Both the position numbers and the translations under genes were made by a program. Source: Bilabrum cf. latius (taxonomy: Eukaryota). Taken from it: DNA of 64,000 nucleotides. Under the pieces are notes generated by a model, which worked only from the letters and a program-made list of their open reading frames with translations, did not search any database and was not told where the DNA came from. Where the stretch lies: NCBI GenBank assembly GCA_965178125.1, contig OZ237742.1, positions 930,001 through 994,000 on the forward strand. Direction: 5' to 3'. Positions 1-15,754 of this stretch are shown here, piece by piece (within the stretch, counting starts at the first letter, position 1; each line of letters opens with the position of its first letter).

Positions 1-60
1 TGTAGACCGAGAGGATCCAGATCTGCGTATTTTGTGAAGTAAGCATTTGTGGGGGTAAAG

Positions 61-878
61 ATGGATCGCGGCGACGAAGCTGGTCGTCGTCTTTCTGCAT
101 CGCGAGATCGAGAATAGGGCAGTTTTCATGGTTAGTCTGATTCTCGACGAGATTGGGGCCAGAGTCGGGATAGATCAGGGTATCCCGGGGCCCACGACCG
201 CAGTAGGAGCGATTTGAGCAGAGATTCGCAGCAAGCAGGCAATAGCCGGTTTTCGAGAAGTGACCACTCTGGACCAGTAAGCCGAGATAATAATGCGCGG
301 TATAGGCCTGCTCAGCGGGCAGGTGGACGTGTTAGGGACGACAGCAATCGGGGCATGGATGCTGCCCAGGACGGCAGATGGCATCATCACTCTCTTCCCA
401 ATCAGGCAGCATCATCGAGAATGAGAATGACCGGGTATGGATACGTCCCTCTCCCCCCTCCCCCAATGCCGTAGTTCCAGGGCATGCGTATACAAGGAGC
501 TGCTCCGCCCCCGCCACCGAATGGCGGTCGATTCTCGCAGGGAGCCAGCATGCCTCGAGGCGGCGCAGTGGGTGGCCAATTGGGCTTCGGTATGGGAATT
601 CCTCCATAGTTGACACATGGCATGCCTAGTATGGGCATGGGCGGCATGCCAGGTATGGGGTCGGGCTTTGGAATGGGAATGGGAATGGGAGTGGGAATCG
701 GCATGGGTGGAGCCTTCGCGATGGGCAGCGCTCTGTCACCTGCGAGCGGCTTCGGGGGGGGCATGGGAGCTGATGCGGGCCATAGAATAGAGCGAATGCA
801 CTCCATCCAATCACGCGATGGCCTTCCGCGCGACTCGCGAGGCCAAGGTGAAGGGCGAGGGCAAGGGCCTGGCCATGC

Positions 879-921
<43 letters not shown>

Positions 922-3900
922 GTACACCAAGGAAGCAGCCCGCCGAGGAGAGGCCTTGTGGTTGAGCCGCCACCGCCACCTGCCGGGCAGGCAGAAGAAT
1001 TAGTGGCTAGAGCTGGCATGGCTGGCGGCGGAGCATAGGCCGGCGCGTCAGCCGCATCGTCGTCCTCCTCCTCGTCTGCCGCTGCAGCCGCCGGCAACGA
1101 ATGGAACCAGGCTCAGGCCGGCCAGGTGCCCTCGTCTGGCCACTACCAGACAACCGACCGCAGGCTCGGACCGGATCCGCAGTATCACGGTTACGGGGGG
1201 AACCAAGCCAGGCGGTTCTCGATGCAATCGAGCAACGGTGGCGTGGGTCCAGCTGAGCGCGAAGGGCAGCCAGGCAGCGTAGATCAAAGGGCTGCGGGGG
1301 GACTGCAGCCCGGACAGCTGCCGAACTTCCCGCTCGGTAACGGACCGTCGCACGGCCGGGCAGCGGACAGCAGGCGGGACATGATGGCATGGAATGTTGG
1401 CGCCGGTGAGTCGCGGCTGTCCGTGTGGGAGCGCCACCTGCCCGGCGAAGACGCGAGCGCAGCAGCTGGCGTTGCCACCATGCAGCCGGTGCCCCCAGCC
1501 AGACATCCCTCTAGACAGTCGTCGCATGGCAGCGAGTCGGTGGCGGTGCATGGCTGGAGGAGGAGGTTCATCCCGGGGCCGGACCACACCGTCGTTGGTC
1601 TCGACGGCGCCCTCATGGCCGACACGCAGATCAAGTGGAAGCAAGGTCTACTTCTGGTAAGGATGCTCACGGTGCTCCGATGGGGTATAACACCCCTGCT
1701 GCTACGCCTCCCTCGGTCCCTCGCCGGCCCCATCATTTTTTCTCTCTCTGCTTGCTGTCTCCCCTACTGATATCGCAGCCTCAGCAGCTGCTTGCAAACG
1801 GAGTGTGGCAAGCGCACTGGCGCATCGGAGGGGGTACCTTCTCCGAGGTGTATGCCTTGCGTAACACCAAGACAAGGACCACTCTCGCTGCAGCAAAGGT
1901 GGAGCGGGCTGGACAGAGGCCCACGGTGGAGCTTGAGTCCGTTGTGCTAGCCTATCTGCAGAGGTACCCGTTCTTCCCAAGGCTCTATGGCCTCGTGTGA
2001 GCTACCGGGGACATGTCGCATTCCCAGATGCCTGCCATAGCACTGCGAGGAATAACACCGCCGCGAGCTTTTCTTGCGTGTCGTGGCCCGTGTCCTTCCC
2101 CAGTCCATGTCTCGACTCAGTTCCACTGCCTCCTTCCCGCGCTTTCGCAGGCCGCACCCGGACCCCGAAGGCATGGCCAAGCACGCCATGGAGGCACAGG
2201 GCGCGGCGGAGGGAGCGAACCCCCCGGTGGTGTCGAGAATCATGCTGCTGTCGCTGCACGGCGAAAATCTCACGCAGCTGCGGCTGAGGCAGCCCTCCAG
2301 GCGACTGCCGGTGTCCACTGCCTGCAGGCTGGGCGTGCAGATGCTCTACTGCATCGAGGCGCTGCACAGGGAGGGCTTCGTGCACAGGGACATCAAGCCG
2401 TCCAACTTCGTGCTGGCGGGCCCCCATGCCATGACGAATGGAGTGCTGTACGGTGGCAAAGGAGGCCCCGAGGGCCGCTGCTACGCATCGGACGAGCTCG
2501 TGTCCGGCGAGCATCCCAAGGTGTGCCAGGCCACGCTTCGCAGAGAGGATTCTGGCGACACTGGCAATCTGCCACGGCCTGTGTCTGTCGGTGGATTCGA
2601 CCACGAACCCACGACGTTGTAGTGCCCCGACGAGGTTTCCACACCCGCCAGGGCTGAGCAGGTACTGCAGTGGGGTGGGGATATCAGGGAAGATGATTCG
2701 AGAGCAGCGTCGCTATTCACGGGCGAAGCGCATTCCTTCCGCGAATTCCAGTCCACGGATCGGCTGCCCAACACCATGGAACACATGCCTGGATCGCCCG
2801 CCGACGTGTCGAGGCACCACGTGATGCTTCTAGACTTCGGCTTATGCCGTCCTTATACACGGCAGGCCCAAGCCAAGCTAGACATGCACGGCGTGCTGGC
2901 ATCGAGCGCCAAGAGCGACGTGCTTCCGCAGGCAGAGAAGGAAGAAGTGGGCAGAGCGGTGGAAGCTCTAGAGAGGAGAGAGCCGGACCAGGAGCCGGCG
3001 GTTACGCTGGGGCCAGGCAGCCAGCTGGGGGCAGAGGACGACCTGGACGATGGCGTGGGCGAGGAGGCATTCCCCGGGCGCGGGATGCCTGCTCTGCACT
3101 CCAGCTCGAGCCACACGAGGCCGAGGCGGCTGATGAGCGAGCGGCTTGGCAACGCGTTCCGGGGCACGTCCTTGTACGCTTCCATTCGAGCCCATCGTGG
3201 AAGGGAGGTGGGTCGGAGCGACGACCTCTGGTGCATGTTCTACGGCATCATCGACCTCATGGCGCCTAACGGGCTCCCGTGGAGAGAAGATAGCAGTGAT
3301 CGGGATGCGTGCGCGGCAGGCAAGGCTCGTTTCCTGCTGCAGCCCGAGCAGATGCTTCCACAGGACACACCGGGGCTCGACTATATCGCTGCAGTTTCTG
3401 ACTACCTGCTCACGCTATCGTACTGTTCCAGCCCCGACTACTCGCTCATCGCCGCGCTGCTGAACGCAGCTGCAGATGTTGCCGAGCAGAAGGAGCTTTA
3501 GCTAGCGCAGCAGATATCGCTGGGTCACATCTAGGCACCGGGCGCCCTGTCTGGCATTCACCTGGGGCGCGCACCGGACACGGAGCCTGGCCGCTTCGAC
3601 CTACGGAAGGTGCCGCTCTCGTGCGACCCACTGCTGGCTTCCAGGGGTGGCGACTGGCGAGCGGGACCCCCGTGCAGCCGCTGGGACAAGGGATTTTACG
3701 TGCCAACAGCCATGTCCAACAGACCCCTTGTTGCCGACCCCCTGCTCATGACAGGGTCCGTGCCGAGACGCAAGCCCATCAGGCCGGTGAGGCGCTTTGC
3801 CTCGAGCTATATCGGGGCGCGAGCCTCAGCGATTGCACTGGATAGGCTTGGCATGATTGCCAGCACCAGGCCCTCGGGCGGTGAGGCTGCAAGCGGCTCT

Positions 3901-6426
3901 GGCGGTGCAGACGCAATGAACACACCAGTTGTTCTCAAAGACCTGTCCGTCGAAGGAATCGACCGCGCTCTGAATGAGAGCAACAGCGCCGTTGATGACC
4001 GTCTGCAGCGCCTCCAAGGCATGGGGGTCTCTGCGGCCTCGCGGGGCCACGATGCTGACTGGTGGGCAAAGAAGCTCGAGGACCCTGCCGCGGAGCAGAG
4101 CGGCGCGCCGGGATGCAGTCTGGGCGTGCTGAGCGTCGGGCTGTCCGAAGCAGCTGCCTCGATCGTTGGCCAGGCGATGGTGCTGCCCGACGAAACCGTC
4201 CCTCGGTTGCTCGTGACACCGAACGACTGGAGGACGGTGCACCTATCCCCGTGGCTGGGACTCAGGCTCGCACGTGTGGACGCGTTTGGACGGTCGGTGG
4301 CCTTCGGGGTGTACAGCGGCATCAGCTCGAGCGCGAGCGAAAGTGAGTTCAAGCACTGGCTGGATGGCGCGCATGACGTGCGCGAGATGACCTTCGAGTG
4401 CTTCGAGTCGATCAGGCAGCTGCTGTACTCAACCAGCCAAGTCCAATAGAAGTGCCTTGCTCTACCGTCGCATGGAATTGACCGGGATCTGGCACTGGCT
4501 GGTCCCAAGACGATGCAGCTGGACCAGGTGCCGCTCGACATGGTTCTCTCTGGCGGCACCTGGAAGGACGGCCTGTCGCTGCAGCTGCTGGGTCCCGATG
4601 CGAGCCTCATGCTCGGTGCGACGCTTGGCTGCATGCCGGCCTTCCGGCACGACGGCTGGTTCACGGTCGAGCAGATCAGGAACGTGCTTGCCCAGTCCTG
4701 TCGCGAGGAGAGCGCGAGGGCTGAGGAGGAGGACGCCGGTGCCATCGCGCGAGCCATCATGCAGCACTGCTGTGATGAGAGGTTCGAAACAGACAGCCAA
4801 GGCAAGGTGAAGGAAGCGAGCGAGCAGGATGTGGCGGCAGGGGGCAGCGGCATGCCAGCGGGAGAAAGCTGGAATGCGGCTTTATCTGGGCAGTCATCCC
4901 CTGTCGATGCTAACGCCAGCCGCCGCGCTAGTCCGGATCAAGGTACCGAGGCCGATGATCCTGAGTGTCCCGGCCTGCGTTGGATCCTGTCGGAGCTGTC
5001 CATTGGGATGGGTGGATTCCCGCCCAGCACCGGAAGGTCATCCTCTGGTACCGACGGCGCATCTTCGGCTGCAACACCACCGGCTGCGGCGGAGTCCTCT
5101 CCCGAACGAGCTCTCGCTGCAGTGGAGCAGATTGCCGGCAAGTGGGGGCTCGATGACGTGGTGCCATTAGAGGCAGTCACCGCGGCAGCCTCTGATTTGC
5201 TGAGTGCCTGCCAGCCTCTCGCGCGCATGCAGGACGCCACCGCAGCTCGCAAAGCCGTGGATCTCATTGCTGCTGTGCGATTGGCAGCCCAACGAACCCT
5301 CCATGATGGAGCCAGTCAGCAAGCGGGTGCTCTGTCCGCCCCCTCGCTGTCCCTGCAGTCACTTCTCCCGCTATTATCGAATGAGGAGTATCGGCTTAAG
5401 TAGGTGGCTGCACTGGGCTCGCCCTCTCGCCTCAAGAAGCTTGGCCAGGTCCATGCAGCCATGAATATCGATAGTGATAGCGATAGCGACAGCGATGACG
5501 ACTTGGAGCTATCTCTCACGTCCCATCGTCCAAGAGGCAGCCTTGGGAGCGGTATGGGAACAGGGCGCTCCTTAAAGGCACTCGGGGGATAGCAGGCGGC
5601 AGCATCTGGTTCTGGTAGTAGCAGCAGCAGCAGCAGCAGCAGCGCAGCTGCACCTGGAGCAGCACCCTCCGCACCTGGTGCGCCCGGTGCTGCTGTTGGG
5701 ATGAGTGATGCGGATGCGCCTGCAGAAGTGGGCACGCTCCACGGCCTCTCGCTTGTTCCCCGAGTGAGCAAGCAGCAGCGGGCGATTGATGCAGCCAAGG
5801 CAGCCTGTTTCGACATTGAAGTCGCTGCCCGCGCGGCAGCAAGAGCGGTGGAGGCACTCAGCGCCTCCAAGGCCTCATCCAGCAAGAGAGAGCCTGACGA
5901 CGCACCCGACCGGCTGAGGGCTGCGATCCAGCGAGCTCAGCTGCGCGGGCGGCTGCTCGCCATGCTGGCGTGGGAGGAGGCACTCAGGTCTCCCGCGAAG
6001 CTTGGTGACGTAGAGTCGCGCCCTTGCAGGTCTTGGTTCAAGGGGTGCGGGCTGGTGGCGGTGGACGACGGCAATGACGACCTTGATGGCATAGATGAGG
6101 AAGACGAGGAGGAGGAAGGTGCTCTGTCGGGTGGCAGTGACATGCAGGAGGATGGCGGTGGAAGCGGTGGCGCAGCTGCTGCTGGACAGAGAGAAGCGGA
6201 CTGGGGTGACGGTGCTTATGGCAGGCCCGCAGCAGGTCGGGTGGGCCAAGAGCCGATGAGTAGGACTCCATTGGACGTGCCACCACCCCCGCCGCCGATG
6301 CCTCCGCCGCCCCCGCCAGGCCCCCCCCGTGCCCCAGGCTCGGGCTATAGCTAGCAGGGGGGCAACGGTGCTGGAGGCGGTGCCGGGGGGCAGGGGCAGC
6401 AAGCAATGCGTGACGGGCCGGCATGA
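61..6426 (+). CDS. Tau-tubulin kinase / casein kinase 1 family protein kinase with long low-complexity N- and C-termini
   Basis: ATG 61 follows an in-frame TAA at 40. Introns 1657-1778 and 1997-2150 restore IGGGTFSEVY, AAAKVE, HRDIKPSNF, LLDFGLCR, FRGTSLYAS and GRSDDLW. Twelve in-frame TAGs (115, 133, 472, 607, 1036, 2620, 3499, 3532, 4447, 5401, 5590, 6352) are read as sense; ends TGA 6424-6426. Confidence 0.85.
880..918 (+). repeat. (CAG)13 polyglutamine tract in the kinase N-terminus
   Basis: Pure CAG run in frame with the kinase. Confidence 0.9.
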
Positions 6427-6657
6427 TGCAGCACTTGTTCCTTAGGTGTTGCGCCTGCCAATACAACAGTAGAATGCTACTTGCTATGTGCGAGATACTT
6501 GATTCAACTTGATTCGATACACGCCTCTGTGCAACTGTGCGGCGGGCTGGTTTCTTCGCCCTCTTACGACCCATCCTGATACTAGGTAGAGGTTCTTTCT
6601 TCCACTCCACCCGAAATAGATGGAAATCTAGATCCGAGAGAGCAAGACGAAATACGC

Positions 6658-7536
6658 TCATTTACCAGCATCGGATGCACCACCGGCGGCCTGCTCACCC
6701 TCTGCCCCCTCTCCTTCTTTCTTGTCATCATCCCCACCTGCACCACCGGACGGCAGCCAGTCCTTCGGCTAACCGAACCTGCCCGCGGTCCAATCAAGCT
6801 TGAGCTGCTCGCCGTCCGCCGGCTTCCAGTTGAGCACCTTATCCAGCAGGTCTGCCGGGTCGGCACTGACGGGCAGGATGCCCCGCATGCCGGGGCGGAT
6901 CATGCCGTTGTCCACGCCAGCCTGGAGCTGCGCCACGATGCCGTCGTAGAAGCCGCCCACATTGAGCAACCCGACGGCCTTTGCGTGGATGTTCAGCTGC
7001 GTCCATGTGGCAGCTTCCATGAGCTCTTCGTACGTTCCCAGCCCGCCGGGGAGCGCGATGAATCCTCGCGATTTGCGAGCCATGATCTGCTTCCGCTCGT
7101 GCATTGTGTCTGTCACGATCTCGGTGCCCCTTCGGACCATATCGCCAGACACCTCACGGGCAGCAAGCGCCTTAGGGATCACTCCAATGACATTCCCACC
7201 TGCTTTGTCAACAGCGCGGGCAAGGATTCCCATGATTCCGATGTTACCTCCTCCGTAGACCAGGTCGACTTTGCGGCGCGCCAGCTCTGCACCAAGCTTC
7301 TCGGCCGCGCCAATGATGGCATCACGATGTTTTCCAGTTGGCAAGGAAGATCCACAGAACACGGTCACTCGCTCCTTCTTGTCATCGGCCTCAGCGTAGG
7401 CACCTTCCTGTTCCTGCCCTTCGTTCTCCTTAAACATGCTCTGCAGTGCAACTGCTAGCAATGCACCACCCGCAGCCCCACCTGCAACAAGCAGAGCTTC
7501 TTTCAGTCCAAAGCCTTCAAACTTAAACCCACTCAT
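6658..7536 (-). CDS. LOG: LOG-family nucleotide phosphoribohydrolase (lonely-guy-like) with N-terminal hydrophobic anchor
   Basis: Motifs VFCGSS, LVYGGGNIGIMG, GVIP, MHERK and PGGLGTYEE. TAG at 6769 is read through to TGA at 6658. Confidence 0.88.
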
Positions 7537-7663
7537 CGCGTCTTGAGTATTGCAATATTCTAAATTGTATTTTTTCTTGATTTCCGATGCAGTGCATGAT
7601 AGCGCGCTTGGCACTCTCCGGCGGCGGTGGCACGTCCCTGGTCCGTGCATAGTGTAGTGATTT

Positions 7664-9857
7664 ATGTACCATGAAATTGATGATAGAAATGGAATTGTGA
7701 CTCCAGTATACGGCTAGCAGGATGCATCCGCTCCACTAGAACTTGGTCCACCGAAAGAAAGCATCTTGCACATTGGAGACCTCCCGCCATTGAATCGCGC
7801 CACAACCACCGCGAAAATTGCGGTTCCAGTGTGCACTTTGGCAGTCCTAGGGGCATTAGCTGCAATTTTTGTCAGTGTTGGTGAAAAGAGAATGCATCAG
7901 CTGGAGGTATCGACATCCTACGGGAGAGTAGTTGGATTGCGACATGAAGGAGCTGATTCTTGGCACGGTATTCCGTTTGGCAAGATTCAGGATCGATTTA
8001 CAGCAGCAGGGATTCCAGACTCATGGGATGGCGTGCGATCGGCTACTGCTCCTGGCGCTCCGTGCCCGCAGGTGAACGTGTTTGGTGAGGCAAACCGCCA
8101 CTCTTGAAGCACTACCAGCCGCAACCCAAATATTTCCGCTGCAAGTGCGCTCTGGAAAGTCTCTAGTTCTTTGACACCGCGCAGGTTATGACATGTCTGC
8201 TACTTCTCTGCCACCGCCCGTGGAGGACTGCCTCACGCTCAGCGTGTACGCCCCGAAAGGAGCAGCCTACGCGGCCCGCATGTCTGGTGCAGCTTTTCGA
8301 AGCATGCCTGTCATGCTGCTGCTTCATTCCGGTCACATTGCCGCGGGATCGGGCTCCCAGAGCCTGCTCAACGCGAGCCTGCTGGCAGCCGAGCAAGGGG
8401 TCGTGGTGGTTGTGCCCAACTACAGGCTGGGCCCTCTTGGATACCTCGCCCACCCCGCGCTCAGCGACAGCCAAGCCGGAACTAGCGGTAACTATGGCAT
8501 GCGAGACCAGAGCATGGCCCTTCAGTGGGCCGTCAAGAACGCGAAGAGCTTCGGGGGGGATCCTGGGCGGATCACGCTTTGGGGGCTTGGGGAGGGCGCG
8601 AGCCAGGCTGCGCTGCACCTTTCGATGGCCTCATCGCTCGGCCGGTTCCGCTCGCTGCTGCTGGAGAGCGGCGCCGCGCAAGTGCTCCCCCCTGCAGGGA
8701 TTGAGACGGGGAGGGGCCCGTACTATTCGTGGGCTGCCGTGTAGCCGCAGCTGGGTTCTCCGCGGTCCCTTGCTGACGCAGAAGCCGCTGGGCGAACGTT
8801 CGCTCAACTGGCCGGCTGTGGCAGGCAGGGGAATCCGGCCGGGGAGCTTTCCTGTCTGCGGCTAATGGGTGCCGACGAGGTGCAGGACATTGCGGCGCAG
8901 CACCCGAGCCTCCTTCAGGACCTGGGCCCGGTGGCAGACGGCCTGGTGCTCGCTTTGGATCAGGGGACAGTGCTCAGAGATGCGGGGGGATTGAAGAGCG
9001 CTCTGCCGGGGGGCATCATGGTGGGTGCGGGCAGGAACGATTCCAGCCAGTGGATCGGGTACCTGCCCAGGTACTTTCCTGGATGGTTCCAGGAAACTTC
9101 CCAGGAGCAGGGTGCTGCCACCGGTCCGGTGTCGTCACTCACGCGGTCTGGTTTCTTCGCCCTGCTCAACCACACGGCAGGTCTTCCACTCTCCGGGTCG
9201 GTGGCAGCGGCGGCAGAGACGCACTACGCACCGGGGGGCCGGCTCACTGCGGGCCCGTCTGCGGGCAACCTCATGGCTGCCTCGAGGGCGCTTTCCGATG
9301 CCACGAGGCTCTGCAGGCACAGGCTGCTGCTGGAGCAAACGGCTCGTGCGGGGCTCCCAGCGTACGGGTACGTGTTTGATGGCAGCGTGAGCGTGGCGGG
9401 TGGCTTGGGTCTGGGCCCTGGATCCACCCAGCTCACAGTGCCTCTGCTGTTCGGGGAGCCCTGCTACCTCCAGTGCAATGCATCTAGAGGGGCCGGGTGG
9501 CTCTCTCCTGCAGAGGAGGACTTCGGCTCGGTTCTGCGTAGGGCATGGGCCAATTTTGCCAGGACTGGGTCGCCCGTGGACGGCAGCGAGATGCCGACGG
9601 ACGACGACGGCGCGGGGGAGCTGGGCCTGGGCCTGTCGCCGGGTAGGTGGGGGGCCTCATTTGCGCCATTGGACGGTGGCGGTGGCGATGGCGATGACGA
9701 CATGCTGAAAGAGTGGCCGCGATTCTGGAACGCAACGCCAGTCGGACAGGCCGACGGACTGCTGTCCATGAGCGTGGGAGGCTCCAGACCAACGCACTAT
9801 TCGGACGGTGGTGACCCGTGCACGAGCATATGGGCCAAGGCGCCGGGGTGGCAGTAA
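7664..9857 (+). CDS. Type-B carboxylesterase/cholinesterase-fold protein, probably catalytically inactive, with N-terminal membrane anchor
   Basis: Motifs WHGIPFG, EDCLTLSVY, VVVPNYRLGPLGYL, GNYGMRDQ, FGGDPGRITLWG, LAGC..LSCLR and WANFARTG. Intron 8085-8184; TAGs at 7715 and 8742; ends TAA. Confidence 0.85.
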
Positions 9858-10005
9858 TCCTTTCTTCTGGTACAGGCAGGGGACATTTTATAGCTTATTA
9901 TGGTATGCCCCCGCCCAAATCACTACATCGGATCCGGAGTAAGAACATGATGCAAAAATTAGACAAGACTACTCAGCCCGACGAGAACCAAATCCTTCTA
10001 TACAA

Positions 10006-12114
<2,109 letters not shown>

Positions 12115-12558
12115 TCATTCAAAGAAAAATGAGGAAACTATGCCTGGGACGAAATTGACGTTCCGCCTGAAGCAGAGCAACTAATGTGAGGTACATCTTT
12201 AAGCATTCACTGAATTCTTCAAGCGAGCTACCATTGGTAGATAGGATCATGTCCGTTCTTGCGATACTATCTTGCTCGTCCACGTTTCAACCATTCCAGC
12301 CAGATTTCTTGTCAATTAAGAGGGATTGCGGGCATTCAAACTGTACACATTCAATACATTCATATCAGTTTATAAACGGTGGGTGCCTTAGTGTGTCTCA
12401 CTGTCTACTTTTTGTTTGTGTTGCTTTTGAGTGAGGCGTGGAAGGGCGCGATTTCGTCTTGAAAATCGGATCCCGGATGATGGTCCCGGTAAAGTGCACT
12501 TTACATGACCAGGATGACGACGATCAATTCTCCAATATTGGCAAAGTCCGTTGCTAGG

Positions 12559-14464
12559 ATGCCTGTATTGCTTGTGATTCTTTCGCTATGCGTTGCAGGA
12601 AGCCTTGCAAGACCGCAATTTAATATGTAAGAGTCGGAACTATTTTTCTTCCGTTGCCGCAGCAGACTGGTGTCAAGCCCTTTCAGCAACCAATGCCTAT
12701 CAATTCGTTTGCTCGGATACCCCCTTATGCAGCCTCTTCTTGATGTCAGACGAAATGGACGGGCGTTTGCTTGATCCAACGAGTCCGATGTGGAGCGCAG
12801 TGCAGATGCCCAACTTGCAGAAGCTTGCTGCCCGAGGAACTAACTTCGTCCGAAATATCTGCAATAATCCCCAGTGTGTGCCTTCCCGCACGTCCATGTT
12901 TACAGGGCTGCACACGCACGTACAGAGAGCTGGCTGGAACAACGGTCAGGGCATTTCGCACTCTCCTCGCGACGGCTCCTTGGACAAGGATTGCGTCAAG
13001 CTGTGGTCCGAAAGCCAGTGCGCAGAATGGAAGGAGCAAAGCCCTGTTAATGTAACGCTAGATCAGGCCTTGGAGCAGACAGGTCTGAACGTCTCCCTCT
13101 TTGGCAAGGTGGATGTCGGTGCCAACATCCTGCAGCACTTTCCACAGGCCAACTCAAACGGCTTTCACAGCGGCCCGGGGCCAGACATCCTCGCTCGCTC
13201 GGCTGACATCCGCAGGCCCACAAAGCCGCTGCCCCAGGACATAACGAATGACAGCAAACCCCTCGGCCCATTTCCCAACGATTGGAAGGTGGTCGAGAAT
13301 GCCGTGAGTTTCCTTGACAACTACGACGCGAAAACGGAGGGCCCCTTTTTCGTCTACTCCAGCATCATCATCCCGCACCCGCCATTCTACACGAATGAGA
13401 CCTGGCTCAAGCGAGTCAACAAGACCTTCATGGAGCAAGATGAGCTGGGCGTGCCCGTGTGGGATCCGGAGGATTCAATGCACCCATACGACTCGTACAT
13501 GTCGCAATCCAAGAACGTGTGGGTGGACTTCAATCGATCCACCGTGCAGTACGTGAGGGGCACCTACTTCGGGATGAACGCCATGGCGGACTACCTCCAC
13601 GGCCGGGTCCTGGACGCGCTGGACAGGAACGGGTTCACCAATAACACGCTCGTGATGTTCGTAGCAGACCACGGAGAGATGGCCATGGCGGCCCGACAGG
13701 TGTGGAAAAACTCGCACAGGGAGCCGTCCCTTCGCGTGCCGATGATCGTGGCAGGCCCAGGCATCCCACAAGGCTAGATCATCCAGAACGCCACGTCACT
13801 TCTTGACGTGTTCCCCACGCTGCTGGAGTGGGCGGGTGCTGCACCTCCTGATTGGCTCAACGGATACTCATTGATGGATCTGCTCCGGGAACACGGGATG
13901 GCAGGCGAGCCGTGGTCGAGGAGGCCCACGCGGCCATTCGGCATGCCTGGGGCAACCAGTCCTGCCGGTTTGGTGCCAAGTGCGCCGCTTGCCCTTCGTG
14001 GGAGCAAGCTGCAGTCTGCCACGGCACTCGCAACAAGTGCCTCGAAGGCCCGCCCTCCCTACGTCCTGAGCCAGTACTCCTCGAACATGGGCAACGATGG
14101 CGCGTTCTGCCTGTACCAGCCCCCCTACAAGCTGATCGACTTTGGACACGCCCTGCCCTGGTTCAACGAGAGCGCCTACACTCCCCAGCTGTTCAACGTG
14201 GAGGAGGACCCGTGGGAGCACCACGACCTGGCAGCCGACAAGCCGGAAATAGTGACCCGGATGCGGGCCGACATGGCGACCTTGATCGATGTGCAGGCGG
14301 AGGACAGGGCCAGGAAGGTGGCCGACAGGGATCTATTCGAGGAGTTCATCGCGAAGAAGGAGGGCACCAACTACAAGCTGAAACAGAGGATGGCACGGTC
14401 CTACAAGGGCTTTGACGACGCTGACTGGCAGCAGCTGCAGGAATGGAGGAAGGCCCCGCTTTGA
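12559..14464 (+). CDS. Secreted/lysosomal sulfatase (arylsulfatase K / choline-sulfatase-like)
   Basis: Signal peptide (alternative in-frame ATGs at 12505 and 12514). Intron 12627-12732 gives FNILFLMSDEMDGR. CVPSR formylglycine motif, PHPP and ADHGEM present. GPGIPQG*IIQNATSLLDVFPT spans TAG 13775; ends TGA. Confidence 0.9.
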
Positions 14465-15754
14465 TTGATGTTGCTCAGTGATGCATCTTGTGAGAGCATG
14501 GGGAGATTCTTGCGCCAGACTCGGTGCTCCTGCTGTAAGCGGTAAAGAAATTATCGACATAATGTACTCGTGCTGCGCTGTACTTGTGAAGTTTATTTCC
14601 ATTGATCTCTGCATTGTCATCTGCAGGCTCCCGCATGCAAGATGACCACCCACGCGTACCTCCTGCTGTAGACCCAACCTTCGACGATGTATATTGCCAC
14701 CCAGATCCGGAAATTCCGGGCCACAAGCCCTCATACTTTGAGCGGCCATCCCTCATGGTCATAGAAAATGTACCGGCGTCCCTCTTGGCCGCGCCGCTCC
14801 ATTTGTTGGTGAGGCCAGCAAGGTCTCTGAGATTGAGGTCGCTCGGTGGGCGCAGGACCCGCTCGAGGAGCAGGCTCAGATGCGACGTAGCGATGCGGAG
14901 GAGAGAATACAATATGTCTGAGTCAAAGCACACACTACCCAACTACAACGACCACCCCAAGAGGCAATCGCACTGGGCAGGTCGAACGGATCAGCAAGCT
15001 CACGCCATGGGCTCCGCAAGCTGGGCCGCTCCTCCGTGGGGGAGTTGCGCTGCTTGCGGTCCATCTGCATCTCCATCTGCGGAGGAGAGAGATAGAGAGC
15101 AGCTAGGGGGGGAAGCGCAGGGAGTGGGGTGGGGGGGGGAGCGAATGGAGGGGTTGGGGAGGGCAGAGCAGAAGGAGGGGGGAACGACGGTTCACCGGAA
15201 CGGGGGAGGAAGAAGTGGAGGAGAAGATGATCGGTGGGGTCATTGGGTTGATGAGGCGGATAGGAAGGGGGAGGCACAGGCCGGGCAGGTGTGGGTTGGG
15301 CATGTGTGACGAGTGAGTCGGATCAGGGGGATCGGATCACCGACCACATGCGGATGTGGAAGATGAGAGGTCACAATTAGACTCGAGCGGCAATCAAGCC
15401 GCGTGCTATTCGGGTGCTGAGGGGCAGCGTTCGCCAGTTTTTCTTTTTTGGTAACTTTGAGGATGAGCTCTCGGAGGAAACCAACTGCAACCATGTGTGA
15501 CTGTCTGCGAGATTAGGGTGCTGTGTACAACGTGTGATCTCAGTGCCGAAGGAGCTGCAGCTCCTGCCGGTACTGCCGCTCCCTCTCCAAGGCTGCAGGG
15601 TCACGCGCGACTTTGTGGAACATGTGCCCTTGTCCTAGTCCACATGTGATGTACTTAAGTATATCCCCTCAAATCATGGCATACTAGAATTTACTCGGTC
15701 CAATACATAAACCTACAATGCAAGGCACAGACAACATGCAGTGTGCGCGACCAA

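Noticed and set aside
402-1097. Long minus-strand ORFs with poly-Cys or poly-Ala, and similar overlapping ORFs throughout
   Set aside because: Antisense or alternate-frame readings of CAG/AGC repeats in GC-rich coding DNA.
14475-15620. Possible small gene(s) and a purine-rich tract at 15080-15300
   Set aside because: Splice-like signals exist on the minus strand, but I could not build a consistent model or recognise a protein; left unannotated.
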